From the NCBI GenBank assembly GCA_044448905.1, contig JBIOHJ010000002.1:1-55324 (forward strand): a stretch of 55,324 nucleotides of DNA, given 5' to 3'. The translations under genes were made by a program, and so were the position numbers. The stretch comes from Bacteroidia bacterium (GTDB taxonomy: Bacteria; Bacteroidota; Bacteroidia; AKYH767-A; OLB10). The notes under the pieces were generated by a model. The model ran no database searches. It worked only from the letters and a program-made list of their open reading frames with translations, and had not been told where the DNA came from. Below, piece after piece: positions 15,528-24,126 of the stretch; positions within the stretch are counted from its first letter, which is position 1, and every line of letters begins with the position of its first letter.

Positions 15528-18104
15528 ATGAGTAAACCGCGCACGATTACCAAACTGGTTTTACTTCTCGTTTTGCTTCCCGCCATCACCCTGGCGCAGC
15601 AAATGACGCGCATACGCGGCAAAATTACCGATGCCGAAACCAAAGAACCCCTGCCATTTGTGAGCGTTGCGTTTGTCGGAAAAAACATAGGCACCGCTAC
15701 CGATTTTGACGGAAGCTTCCTGCTCGAAACACAATGGGGCTCGGGCCAGATAAAAGTTTCGTACGTAGGCTACGAACCGCAGGTAAAAACAGTAATTGAC
15801 GGAAAAACACAAATCATAAACTTCGAGCTTAAAGCAAAAGCTACCCAGCTCAAAGAAGTGGTTGTTACCGATAAAAAGAAATACCGCAATAAAAACAACC
15901 CCGCAGTTGACCTCATAAAAAAAGTGGTGGATAACAAAGACCGCAACCGCAAAGAAGGATTTGATTTTTATAATTACGATAAATACGAAAAAGTTGAATT
16001 CGACCTGAACAACATTACCGAAGATTTTAAAAACAGCAGGGCAATGAAAAAATTCCAGTTTGTTTTTAATTATGTCGATACATCGGAGCTAAACGGAAAA
16101 CCTTACCTGCCGCTTTGGTTTAAAGAAAGCAAATCGAAAGTTTACTACCGCAAAGACCCTCAAAACGAAAAAGAATATTTGCTCGGCACCAAGCAAGTAG
16201 GTTTCGAAGGCTACGTTGACGAGCAGGGCCTGAGCAATTTCATCGAAAACCTTTACCAGGAAATAAATATATACGAAAACAATATTGATTTGCTTACCAA
16301 CCAGTTTGTAAGCCCCATTTCAATCATAGCGCCCACGTATTATAAATTTTTCATAATAGATACACCCACCGTTAGCGGAGTAAAGTGCATAAACCTTGCA
16401 TTCATTACGCGCAACAAATCCGATTGGGGTTTTATGGGTAACCTCTACGTTGTAATGGATTCATCCTATGCCGTAAAGAAAGTTGAAATGGGTATTCCCA
16501 AAGACATTAACCTCAACTGGGTGCAGGGATTAAGAATAGAACAGGAGTATGATACAGTAGCCAATGTGGGAATGATGCTTTCGCGTGATGAGATTACCAT
16601 TGATTTCAACATTTCTAAAAAAGGAAAAGGATTGCAGGGAAAAAAAACCACTTCGTACATAGATTATCATATAAACGAACCGCTGCACGATAGCTTATTC
16701 AGCGGTGTAACACACATCATAAAATCGGACAGCGCCATGGAACGCAGCGAAGAGTTTTGGGAAAACGAGCGTCCCGAAAAACTTACCGAAGCTGAAAGCG
16801 GCATTTACGAAATGATTGACAGCGTTCAGAATGTTCCTGCTTTTAAAAACTTCATGAATGCCCTGTTCCTTGTAATAACAGGTTATACCGATGTGGGTCC
16901 GGTTTCAATTGGCCCGGTAGGTTCATTTTATAGTTTTAATGAAATAGAAGGCTTTCGCGGAAGAGTCGGGTTTAAAACCCTACCTGCATTCAGCAAGAAA
17001 TTCATGTGGGAAACCTTTGCGGCTTACGGGGCTAAAAAAGAATTTAACGAACATGTGTATACCCAAAAAGAACGGTTTAAACATTTCAATGCGGTAACCT
17101 ATACTTTCAACAAAGACAATATAGTTTACCCGTATCATTATATCCGGACATCTTTCGCGCATGATGTTGAAATTCCCGGTCAGAAATTACAATTTGTTTC
17201 CGAAGATAATTTCCTGCTTTCATTCAAGCGTGGCGTTAACGATAAAATGTTTTTTAATGATATAATGAAGTTCGAATATCTGCGCGAACACCGGAGCGGC
17301 CTCACATATAACTTTGTTCTGAAACATCTTGAGCAAAAACCTTTCGGTAATCTTTCCTTTCAGTATGAGCCCGGTGTGCTTGAACCCTTTCAGGGACAGG
17401 TTACTTCCAGCGAACTGATTGTTGATTTGCGCTTCGCTCCCAACGAACGTTTTTACCAGGGAAAAGTTTACCGTGTTCCCATTTTTACAAAACACCCCAT
17501 CTTCAGGCTCACCAGCACGTTTGGGTTCAAAGATGTTTTTAACAGCCAATATAGTTACCAGAATATCCAGTTCGGATTTTTCAAACGCGTTTATGTTTCG
17601 CCTTTTGGCTATGGCGATTTGAATGTTGAAGCCGGAAAAATATTTGGCCGGGTTCCCTATCCGTTGCTCACGTTTCCAAAGGCCAATCAAACGTATTCCT
17701 ACCAGCTCGAGTCGTATAACCTCATGAACTTTCTCGAGTTCATACACGATGAATATGTGGGATTAAATTACCAGCACTTCTTCAACGGATTTTTCTTTAA
17801 TAAAATTCCGCTGCTTAAAGAATTGGAGCTGCGCGAAGCCTGTTCCATAAAAGTATTGTACGGAAGAATTACTGATAACAATAACCCTGCGTATCACCCT
17901 GGCGAACTATTTATATTCCCCATTGATGAAAATGGAAAACCGATTACCTTTACGCTTGAGGGAAAACCTTATATCGAAGTAAGTGCCGGTGTAATGAATG
18001 TGTTTAAAATATTACGGGTGGAAATCATCAAACGGTTAACCTACCTCGATAATCCTAATGTTTCCGATATTGGTTTTAGGGCAAGAGCTAAATTTGATTT
18101 TTAG
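15528..18104 (+). CDS. carboxypeptidase-regulatory-like domain protein of the DUF5686-type (~860 aa, outer-membrane associated)
   Basis: ATG 15528 gives MSKPRTITKLVLLLVLLPAITLAQQ (the track start 15519 is a TTG). It has an N-terminal CarbopepD_reg-like IRGKITDAETKEPLPFVSVAFVG..TDFDGSF. Length and architecture fit my memory of DUF5686 proteins. Confidence 0.7.
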   Translation: MSKPRTITKLVLLLVLLPAITLAQQMTRIRGKITDAETKEPLPFVSVAFVGKNIGTATDFDGSFLLETQWGSGQIKVSYVGYEPQVKTVIDGKTQIINFELKAKATQLKEVVVTDKKKYRNKNNPAVDLIKKVVDNKDRNRKEGFDFYNYDKYEKVEFDLNNITEDFKNSRAMKKFQFVFNYVDTSELNGKPYLPLWFKESKSKVYYRKDPQNEKEYLLGTKQVGFEGYVDEQGLSNFIENLYQEINIYENNIDLLTNQFVSPISIIAPTYYKFFIIDTPTVSGVKCINLAFITRNKSDWGFMGNLYVVMDSSYAVKKVEMGIPKDINLNWVQGLRIEQEYDTVANVGMMLSRDEITIDFNISKKGKGLQGKKTTSYIDYHINEPLHDSLFSGVTHIIKSDSAMERSEEFWENERPEKLTEAESGIYEMIDSVQNVPAFKNFMNALFLVITGYTDVGPVSIGPVGSFYSFNEIEGFRGRVGFKTLPAFSKKFMWETFAAYGAKKEFNEHVYTQKERFKHFNAVTYTFNKDNIVYPYHYIRTSFAHDVEIPGQKLQFVSEDNFLLSFKRGVNDKMFFNDIMKFEYLREHRSGLTYNFVLKHLEQKPFGNLSFQYEPGVLEPFQGQVTSSELIVDLRFAPNERFYQGKVYRVPIFTKHPIFRLTSTFGFKDVFNSQYSYQNIQFGFFKRVYVSPFGYGDLNVEAGKIFGRVPYPLLTFPKANQTYSYQLESYNLMNFLEFIHDEYVGLNYQHFFNGFFFNKIPLLKELELREACSIKVLYGRITDNNNPAYHPGELFIFPIDENGKPITFTLEGKPYIEVSAGVMNVFKILRVEIIKRLTYLDNPNVSDIGFRARAKFDF

Positions 18105-18149
18105 TATGTGGTTATTCGTAAATTCGTACCCATTTGTACTTCATAGATA

Positions 18150-18845
18150 ATGCTGAAAGAAATTGCACAGGAAACCGTTTATAAGATCATAAACCCGCTT
18201 GTAAAGCTATTGGTGCGGATGCATGTTACCCCCAATGCGATAACCACGATCGGGCTTTGCCTGAATATTGCAGCTGCAATTGTTTTTATCATAGGTGCTG
18301 AATTTGGTGAACGTGGTGATTTAAGTTATGTAGGAATTGGCGGTGCCGTTATTTTATTTGCCGGCCTGTTCGATATGCTTGACGGGCAGGTGGCGCGCAT
18401 CGGCAAAATGACTTCACGTTTCGGTGCTTTGTATGATTCGGTTTTAGACCGCTACAGCGAACTGATTATGTTTCTCGGTATTTGTTATTACCTCGTTTCG
18501 CAAAATTATTTTATGAGCTCTTTAATTGCCTTCATGGCGCTTATTGGTTCAATGATGGTGAGTTATACACGCGCTCGTGCCGAAGGGTTAGGTATTCAAT
18601 GCACAGTTGGTTTAATGCAACGGCCTGAGCGTGTTGTTATCATAGGGATTTCTGCAATTGCGTGTGGTATCATTTCTATGTTTATTGGCGGTGACTTCAA
18701 ATACTATGTAAGTTTTCTCCCGTTTTATTTATACGAAACCATTACTTTTTTTACATTTCCTATTCTTATTGTTGCTATCCTTTCGAATTATACAGCAATC
18801 GACAGGCTCAGGTATTGTAAAAAAGAGCTGGAAAATAAAAATTAA
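18150..18845 (+). CDS. CDP-alcohol phosphatidyltransferase (candidate phosphatidylinositol-phosphate synthase)
   Basis: 231-aa polytopic protein with the signature DMLDGQVARIGKMTSRFGALYDSVLDRYSE (DGxxAR..G...D...D). It lies beside an inositol-1-P synthase gene. Confidence 0.8.
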   Translation: MLKEIAQETVYKIINPLVKLLVRMHVTPNAITTIGLCLNIAAAIVFIIGAEFGERGDLSYVGIGGAVILFAGLFDMLDGQVARIGKMTSRFGALYDSVLDRYSELIMFLGICYYLVSQNYFMSSLIAFMALIGSMMVSYTRARAEGLGIQCTVGLMQRPERVVIIGISAIACGIISMFIGGDFKYYVSFLPFYLYETITFFTFPILIVAILSNYTAIDRLRYCKKELENKN

Positions 18846-18861
18846 AAGCCGGGTTTAGTTT

Positions 18862-19446
18862 ATGAAAGAGAAATTTAAATTGATTGCTGCCCTTTGTTTC
18901 ATTATTCATAGCAATTGTTTGTCACAATCGCAGCCTGAAACAACTTTGAATAATATTGTCAACCAAACCATAAAAAATTTTCCAATTCCCCCCCAAAATA
19001 AAAATTCTCTTTTTTACCTTCAGCGAAATAAAAACTCAAATACCATTATTTATGAAGCCAATATTCTGCCGAACGGCAAACTTGATTCGAAAAATCCAGT
19101 GAGCGTTTTCTGGCTTCGTTATACTGAGGGCGGTGAAAAAAAGGAATTGAACTGGATACAACGCTGGCTGGCTTACGGTGTGGATTTTGAGCCGGCTAAA
19201 GATGGTTCCGGAAATTACATCATAACTCCCGTTGCACTTAAACATCGTAAAATAATAGTAAGCATTGACAGTGATGGAAAGGCCAACGCCTGGCTGAACA
19301 TGAACGGAAAAAATGCGCGCCTCAATCGCATTTATGCGCAGGCACAGGAAACAAACTGGTTGCCAACTGTTAAGTTTGTTCAGCTAAAAGGAGAAGATGT
19401 CAAAACAAAACAGGATGTGTATGAGTATATTTTTCCTAAAAAATAG
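18862..19446 (+). CDS. secreted protein, DUF4833-like
   Basis: 194 aa with a signal peptide. The LFYLQRNKNSNTIIYEAN motif and the position next to a CDP-alcohol transferase fit my recollection of DUF4833. The family name is tentative. Confidence 0.5.
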   Translation: MKEKFKLIAALCFIIHSNCLSQSQPETTLNNIVNQTIKNFPIPPQNKNSLFYLQRNKNSNTIIYEANILPNGKLDSKNPVSVFWLRYTEGGEKKELNWIQRWLAYGVDFEPAKDGSGNYIITPVALKHRKIIVSIDSDGKANAWLNMNGKNARLNRIYAQAQETNWLPTVKFVQLKGEDVKTKQDVYEYIFPKK

Positions 19447-19500
19447 TAACTATGAGACTGTTGCTAATTGCTTAATTTACCAATAGGTTAGGAATTATTT

Positions 19501-20430
19501 TTATATTTTTTTCGACAAGCGATAAAACCAGTTGCTAATTCCTGGTTGAGTTAATAGAACTCTTTCCAAAATGGATATAGCCGCTATTGCACAGGTGGCA
19601 CCAAGCAGCACATCAATTATGTAATGATGAAAAGAATAAACAGCCGCGAACCATATGCCGAGTAAAAAAATAATAAATCCTGAAGCAACGGCAGTTTTCA
19701 TTCTACGCTTTATTGCGTAAAAAAGCACAACAACAGGGTAAGCTGCATGCAAAGAAGGCATTGCTGCAAAAATGTTTGCGTTCTTTGAATAAATAGCTCC
19801 AAACAAATTTATCCCAAGCAATTCATCAACCCTTGCAAACCCTGCTGAACTGGAAGCTGCGCTTCGGTAAAATTCAAAACCATATTTTTCAACATACCAG
19901 GGGGGTGCGGCCGGATACAGGTAATAAACAATAAATCCAATAAGATTGGTTAATACAAAAGCATAAGAAAACCGGAGGAAGTAAATTTTATCTTTAAACA
20001 ATAAATAAAAGGCAAAAGCCAGTGGAACAGGTACCCAATTTATATAAAACAATCCGGCAATAACATCGGCTGCGGTACTTTGGTGCATTTTTAAAAATTC
20101 ATTGGGGGTAATCAGAATATTATTTACATGAATTCCAAAACACGATTTCTCCAAGTCATACAAGTCCTTTATATGAACGGTATTAACCGTGTAGTTTGGT
20201 ACTATCCTCATTGCATCATATACAATCCAGTAAATTATAAAAATGAAAAAAGCGGTTATGAACTTGCGTGTAGCCGAATTGAGAAAATAGCAAAAAAGGG
20301 ATAAACAAATTAAAAATATATGGTCGCTTCTGATTCCGACAAAACAACTAATCCATAGGCAATAAATAGTCAACAATAAACCGGCACTTAATAATGATTT
20401 TGAAGAAAAACGATTAAAAGCTATATCCAT
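19501..20430 (-). CDS. PAP2_3 / Aur1-like membrane protein (candidate inositol-phosphoryl-ceramide synthase)
   Basis: Polytopic protein with AMPSLHAAYP and SFHHYIIDVLLG (PAP2 C2/C3-type His/His/Asp). ATG at 20430; an upstream TTG at 20448 is the track start. Confidence 0.65.
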   Translation of the reverse strand: MDIAFNRFSSKSLLSAGLLLTIYCLWISCFVGIRSDHIFLICLSLFCYFLNSATRKFITAFFIFIIYWIVYDAMRIVPNYTVNTVHIKDLYDLEKSCFGIHVNNILITPNEFLKMHQSTAADVIAGLFYINWVPVPLAFAFYLLFKDKIYFLRFSYAFVLTNLIGFIVYYLYPAAPPWYVEKYGFEFYRSAASSSAGFARVDELLGINLFGAIYSKNANIFAAMPSLHAAYPVVVLFYAIKRRMKTAVASGFIIFLLGIWFAAVYSFHHYIIDVLLGATCAIAAISILERVLLTQPGISNWFYRLSKKI

Positions 20431-20638
20431 GAATTCAACAATATTCAATGAAAAATTCGGGTGGTCGAAATTAATAAAGTTAAAGTCAAATGTTAAGGCG
20501 GATGAAGTTTACCTGAATATATAAATAATAAAGTTGTTGAAAACTTAAACATGTTTTTTATCTTAGCAGCGGAAAACGACTTTAATAACTTTAATAAATT
20601 GTTAAGAAATTGTTTGTTTACTATTTGGAAAGAAAATA

Positions 20639-20646
20639 TACCTTTG
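20639..20646 (+). promoter_or_regulatory. -7 promoter box TACCTTTG
   Basis: Matches TAnnTTTG, 31 nt upstream of ATG 20678. TTTG motifs lie 13-29 nt further upstream. Confidence 0.35.
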
Positions 20647-20677
20647 CGAATCTTTTTTGCTTAAACCACATAAAGAA

Positions 20678-21499
20678 ATGAACGAACACAGGGTTCAGTA
20701 TAAAACATTTACACTTAACGGAGACCTCACAGCAGAGCAGATAAATTTCTTTAACAGGAACGGTTTTATTCACTTCAAAAATTTTCTGAACACGAATGAA
20801 GTGACCAGTTTTTGGAAGTCAATTGAATCTGTTCACCAAAGCTGGATTAACGAAAAGAAGGATAAAATTAATGGAATTCCTGTGGTTTTTGGCCAAGATG
20901 AAAAAGGCAATAAAATAGTTCAACGATCACCATTTACTTCGCTGTTCAGCAGTGAATTACGAGAATTAATCAAAAGTGGAAGATTAAAGCCTTTGGTTAA
21001 GTTTCTTTCGCAGGATGATGCACGAATAACCGAAAACGAAAAAGATGGTGTGGTGGTAAACCATTATATAAATCATAAGAACAGCGAACTGAAGCAGATG
21101 GGCTGGCATACCGATAGCGCTCGCGATATATTTTATTTTCAGAAAGTGCAGCCTATGCTTAATGTTGGAATTTACCTTACCGATTCAACTAAAGCGCATG
21201 GTGGTTTGCGTGTGCTTCCTGGTACTCATAAGCAAAGTGTGCGCAGCCTCCTGTTCCGCAAAAAACAATTCATCAGCATGTCTCCCGATAAGAATGAAGT
21301 GCTGGTTGAAGCGCAGGCGGGTGATCTTGTTATTCATCATGGAGCCATCTGGCATCGGGTTGCAATGTCCGAACTGACAGGCGATGCAAGCCGCAGGATT
21401 ACTATGTACATTCCGGTAATTTGTGGTAAGCCCAAAGTAAAAAATATGCACAGTAAAACTCCGTTTTACCACAAGCTGCGTTTCCTTGCCAAAAAATAA
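20678..21499 (+). CDS. phytanoyl-CoA dioxygenase (PhyH) family Fe(II)/2-oxoglutarate oxygenase
   Basis: ATG 20678 (the track start 20657 is a TTG). It has the H-x-D motif in GWHTDSARD and a distal His in HHGAIWHRV. Confidence 0.7.
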   Translation: MNEHRVQYKTFTLNGDLTAEQINFFNRNGFIHFKNFLNTNEVTSFWKSIESVHQSWINEKKDKINGIPVVFGQDEKGNKIVQRSPFTSLFSSELRELIKSGRLKPLVKFLSQDDARITENEKDGVVVNHYINHKNSELKQMGWHTDSARDIFYFQKVQPMLNVGIYLTDSTKAHGGLRVLPGTHKQSVRSLLFRKKQFISMSPDKNEVLVEAQAGDLVIHHGAIWHRVAMSELTGDASRRITMYIPVICGKPKVKNMHSKTPFYHKLRFLAKK

Positions 21500-21565
21500 T
21501 CTTAGGGTTATTTTTTATTTTCATACCTTTAAGCCTTAAAATTTAAATACTAAATTCTTTCAGAC

Positions 21566-22891
21566 ATGTCTTCAATCAATATTAAAGCCCCAACGGGCAA
21601 ACTTGGTATTTTAACTCCCGGAATGGGTGCTGTTGCCACCACCTTTATTGCCGGTGTAATTGCAGTCAGGAGGGGTTTGGGATTACCAGTCGGATCGCTT
21701 ACCCAGTTAGGCGATATTCGACTGGGTAAAAGAACAGAACCGCGCAATCCTAAAATAAAAGATTTTATTCCGCTGCAGGATTTGGAAAATATTGTTTTTG
21801 GTGGTTGGGATATTTTTGAAGATAACGTGTATGAAGCTGCCGTAAAAGCTGCCGTTATTGATCAGAATTTGTTGAACCAGGTTAAGAGTGAATTGGAACA
21901 AATTAAACCCATGAAAGCGGTTTTCGATTCGGCTTGGGTAAAAAATCTTCATGGCACACATATTAAATCCGAAAAAACAAAATGGGATTATGCTGAGGCT
22001 CTGATAAAAGACATCAAAGAATTTAAAGAGAAAAATAAATGCGAACGGCTGGTTATGGTTTGGTGCGGCTCCACCGAGGTATATATCGAAGAAAAAGAAG
22101 TTCATCAGACTATTGAAAAATTTGAAGAAGGGTTAAAGAATAACAGCCCGCACATGGCGCCCAGCATGATTTATGCTTATGCATCCATCAAATGCGGTGT
22201 GCCTTTTGCCAACGGTGCTCCTAACCTGTCGTGCGATGTTCCTGCTTTGGTTGAACTTGCAAAGCTTAATAACGTTCCGGTTGCGGGAAAAGATTTTAAA
22301 ACCGGTCAGACGTTAATGAAAACAATTGTTGCTCCGGGTCTTCGGGCACGCGCATTAGGAATTAAAGGCTGGTTTTCTACCAATATTCTCGGCAATCGTG
22401 ATGGCGAAGTGCTGGATGATCCTTCGAGCTTTAAAACGAAAGAAGTTTCAAAGCTGAGTGTTCTAAAAGATATTTTAGCCCCCGATCAGCATCCAGAACT
22501 TTACAGTAATCTTTATCATAAAGTAAATATCAATTACTACCCTCCGCGTGGTGATAACAAAGAGAGCTGGGATAACATAGATATTTTTGGATGGCTCGGC
22601 TATGAAATGCAGATTAAAATAAATTTTCTTTGCCGCGATTCCATTCTTGCTGCTCCCATTGTTCTTGATCTTGCTTTGTTCCTCGATCTTGCCCAGCGTG
22701 CCGAAATGAGCGGTATCCAGGAATGGCTTTCGTTCTATTTTAAGTCACCGCAAACTGCACCGGGCTTAAATCCGCTTCACGATATTTTTAAGCAGCTGAT
22801 GAAGCTCGAAAATACTTTGCGTCATCTGAAAGGCGAAGATCTGATCACACATCTTGGATTGGATTATTATGAGGAGTATGTGACGCAGTAG
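21566..22891 (+). CDS. myo-inositol-1-phosphate synthase
   Basis: 441 aa, with length and motifs (GxGxVATT Rossmann start, NGAPN, GKDFKTGQT, SILAAP) typical of bacterial/archaeal MIPS. Confidence 0.85.
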   Translation: MSSINIKAPTGKLGILTPGMGAVATTFIAGVIAVRRGLGLPVGSLTQLGDIRLGKRTEPRNPKIKDFIPLQDLENIVFGGWDIFEDNVYEAAVKAAVIDQNLLNQVKSELEQIKPMKAVFDSAWVKNLHGTHIKSEKTKWDYAEALIKDIKEFKEKNKCERLVMVWCGSTEVYIEEKEVHQTIEKFEEGLKNNSPHMAPSMIYAYASIKCGVPFANGAPNLSCDVPALVELAKLNNVPVAGKDFKTGQTLMKTIVAPGLRARALGIKGWFSTNILGNRDGEVLDDPSSFKTKEVSKLSVLKDILAPDQHPELYSNLYHKVNINYYPPRGDNKESWDNIDIFGWLGYEMQIKINFLCRDSILAAPIVLDLALFLDLAQRAEMSGIQEWLSFYFKSPQTAPGLNPLHDIFKQLMKLENTLRHLKGEDLITHLGLDYYEEYVTQ

Positions 22892-22905
22892 GTCATTACT
22901 TTCTT

Positions 22906-23379
22906 ATGAAATTATTTTACAAAATCATTGCTGCCGGTTTTGGAAGTGGCTTTTCACCCATTGCCCCCGGAACGGTTGGCAGTTTGGTTGGATGCTTCCT
23001 TGTTTTTCTCCTCAATTCATTTCTTCCATCTGAAAATTATTTTTTTCAATTGTGCATTGTGCATTGTGGATTGTGCATTCTATTTCTCATCATCGGAATT
23101 ATTTCAATAAACAATTTACAAAGTGAATGGGGTCACGATTCACCAAAGTTTACCGTTGATGAAATTGCCGGCATGTTAATTTCTGTTTTGTTCATTCCAT
23201 TTTCATGGCAAAATATTTTAATCGGGTTTGTGCTGTTCCGTTTCTTTGATATTTTAAAACCCTTTGGCATCCGGCAGCTCGAAAAAGTGCATGGCGGTTG
23301 GGGAGTGATGCTTGATGATGTTCTTGCGGGGATTTTTGCGAATATAATTCTGCAAATAAGTTTACGATTTATTTTTTAA
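22906..23379 (+). CDS. pgpA: phosphatidylglycerophosphatase A family (candidate PIP phosphatase)
   Basis: 157 aa with GSGFSPIAPGTVGS, VDEIAG, FRFFDILKP and MLDDVLAG motifs. Confidence 0.85.
   Translation: MKLFYKIIAAGFGSGFSPIAPGTVGSLVGCFLVFLLNSFLPSENYFFQLCIVHCGLCILFLIIGIISINNLQSEWGHDSPKFTVDEIAGMLISVLFIPFSWQNILIGFVLFRFFDILKPFGIRQLEKVHGGWGVMLDDVLAGIFANIILQISLRFIF
23050..23077. repeat. heptanucleotide array TTGTGCA x4 inside pgpA
   Basis: ttgtgca|ttgtgca|ttgtgga|ttgtgca; encodes QLCIVHCGLCI within a hydrophobic segment. Confidence 0.85.
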
Positions 23380-23385
23380 TTTTAA

Positions 23386-23417
23386 TCTCTGCGCCCTTTG
23401 CGCCTCTGCGTGAAATG
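23386..23417. repeat. CTCTGCG...CTCTGCGTGAAAT element (left copy, includes the ATG of the amidotransferase gene)
   Basis: tctctgcgccctttgcgcctctgcgtgaaatg. An inverted copy lies at 23988-24017 and a direct copy at 24058-24089. Confidence 0.7.
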
Positions 23418-23987
23418 TCCAAAATCCTTATCCTCGACAACTATGATTCCTTCACTTTCAACCTCGTTCATTATGTTGAAAAAATAATTGATGATGAGGT
23501 GGATGTTTTCCGGAACGATGAAATCAGTCTTGTTGAAATTGAGCGATATGAAAAAATAATTCTTTCTCCCGGTCCTGGTTTGCCAAAAGATGCCGGCATT
23601 TTAATTCCATTAATAAAAAAATACGCTCCAACAAAAAAAATTCTCGGTGTGTGCCTCGGCTTGCAGGCAATTGGTGAAGCGTTCGGGGCAAAGCTGAAAA
23701 ACCTGTCCGAAGTGCATCACGGTGTTGCAAGAGAAGTAAACGTTACCGATTCAAATGAAAATCTTTTTACCGGTATTCCCGGAAAATTTAATGCAGGGCG
23801 TTATCATTCCTGGGTAATTGACCGCAGTATGCTTCCCTCCTGCTTAAAAATTACCTCTGCTGATAACAACAATGAAATCATGTCCATTGCTCATTCACAA
23901 TATGATTTAAAAGGAGTTCAGTTTCATCCTGAATCAATTTTGACGGAGTATGGAGAAAAGCTGTTGGAGAACTGGCTGCAAAAATGA
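23415..23987 (+). CDS. anthranilate / aminodeoxychorismate synthase component II (class I glutamine amidotransferase)
   Basis: 190 aa with ILILDNYDSFT, GVCLGLQAI (catalytic Cys) and GVQFHPES. Confidence 0.9.
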   Translation: MSKILILDNYDSFTFNLVHYVEKIIDDEVDVFRNDEISLVEIERYEKIILSPGPGLPKDAGILIPLIKKYAPTKKILGVCLGLQAIGEAFGAKLKNLSEVHHGVAREVNVTDSNENLFTGIPGKFNAGRYHSWVIDRSMLPSCLKITSADNNNEIMSIAHSQYDLKGVQFHPESILTEYGEKLLENWLQK

Positions 23988-24017
23988 TTTCATGCAGAGT
24001 TCGCTGAGGTGCAGAGG
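23988..24017. repeat. inverted copy of the CTCTGCRTGAAA element
   Basis: The reverse complement cctctgcacctcagcgaactctgcatgaaa aligns with 23387-23415. The terminal ctctgc[g/a]tgaaa matches 12/13, and the difference is G-U compatible. Confidence 0.65.
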
Positions 24018-24072
24018 AAACAGAAAAATTGAACAATTTATTTCTTTTTCTCAGCCAACTCTGTTTCTCTGC
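24011..24072. repeat. long hairpin (12-bp stem, 37-nt loop)
   Basis: gcagaggaaacag (24011-24023) pairs with ctgtttctctgc (24061-24072), leaving one bulged G. Confidence 0.7.
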
Positions 24073-24126
24073 GGGCTCCGCGTGAAATAGATTTTTCCTA
24101 CTTTCACAACTTCAAATCCAGCCATC

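Noticed and set aside
17220-17747. 175-aa minus-strand ORF
   Set aside because: It lies entirely inside, and antisense to, the 860-aa DUF5686-like ORF, with no recognisable motifs.
14418-18104. Calling the GC-rich patch a horizontally acquired island
   Set aside because: Only a few hand-counted lines support the GC shift. There are no flanking repeats, tRNA or mobility genes, and the DUF5686-like gene is a common core Bacteroidota gene. It is kept only as a low-interest compositional note.
21707-22105. 132-aa minus-strand ORF inside the inositol-1-P synthase gene (similar cases at 44025-44387 and 46918-47271)
   Set aside because: These are antisense shadows of strongly supported genes in AT-rich DNA.
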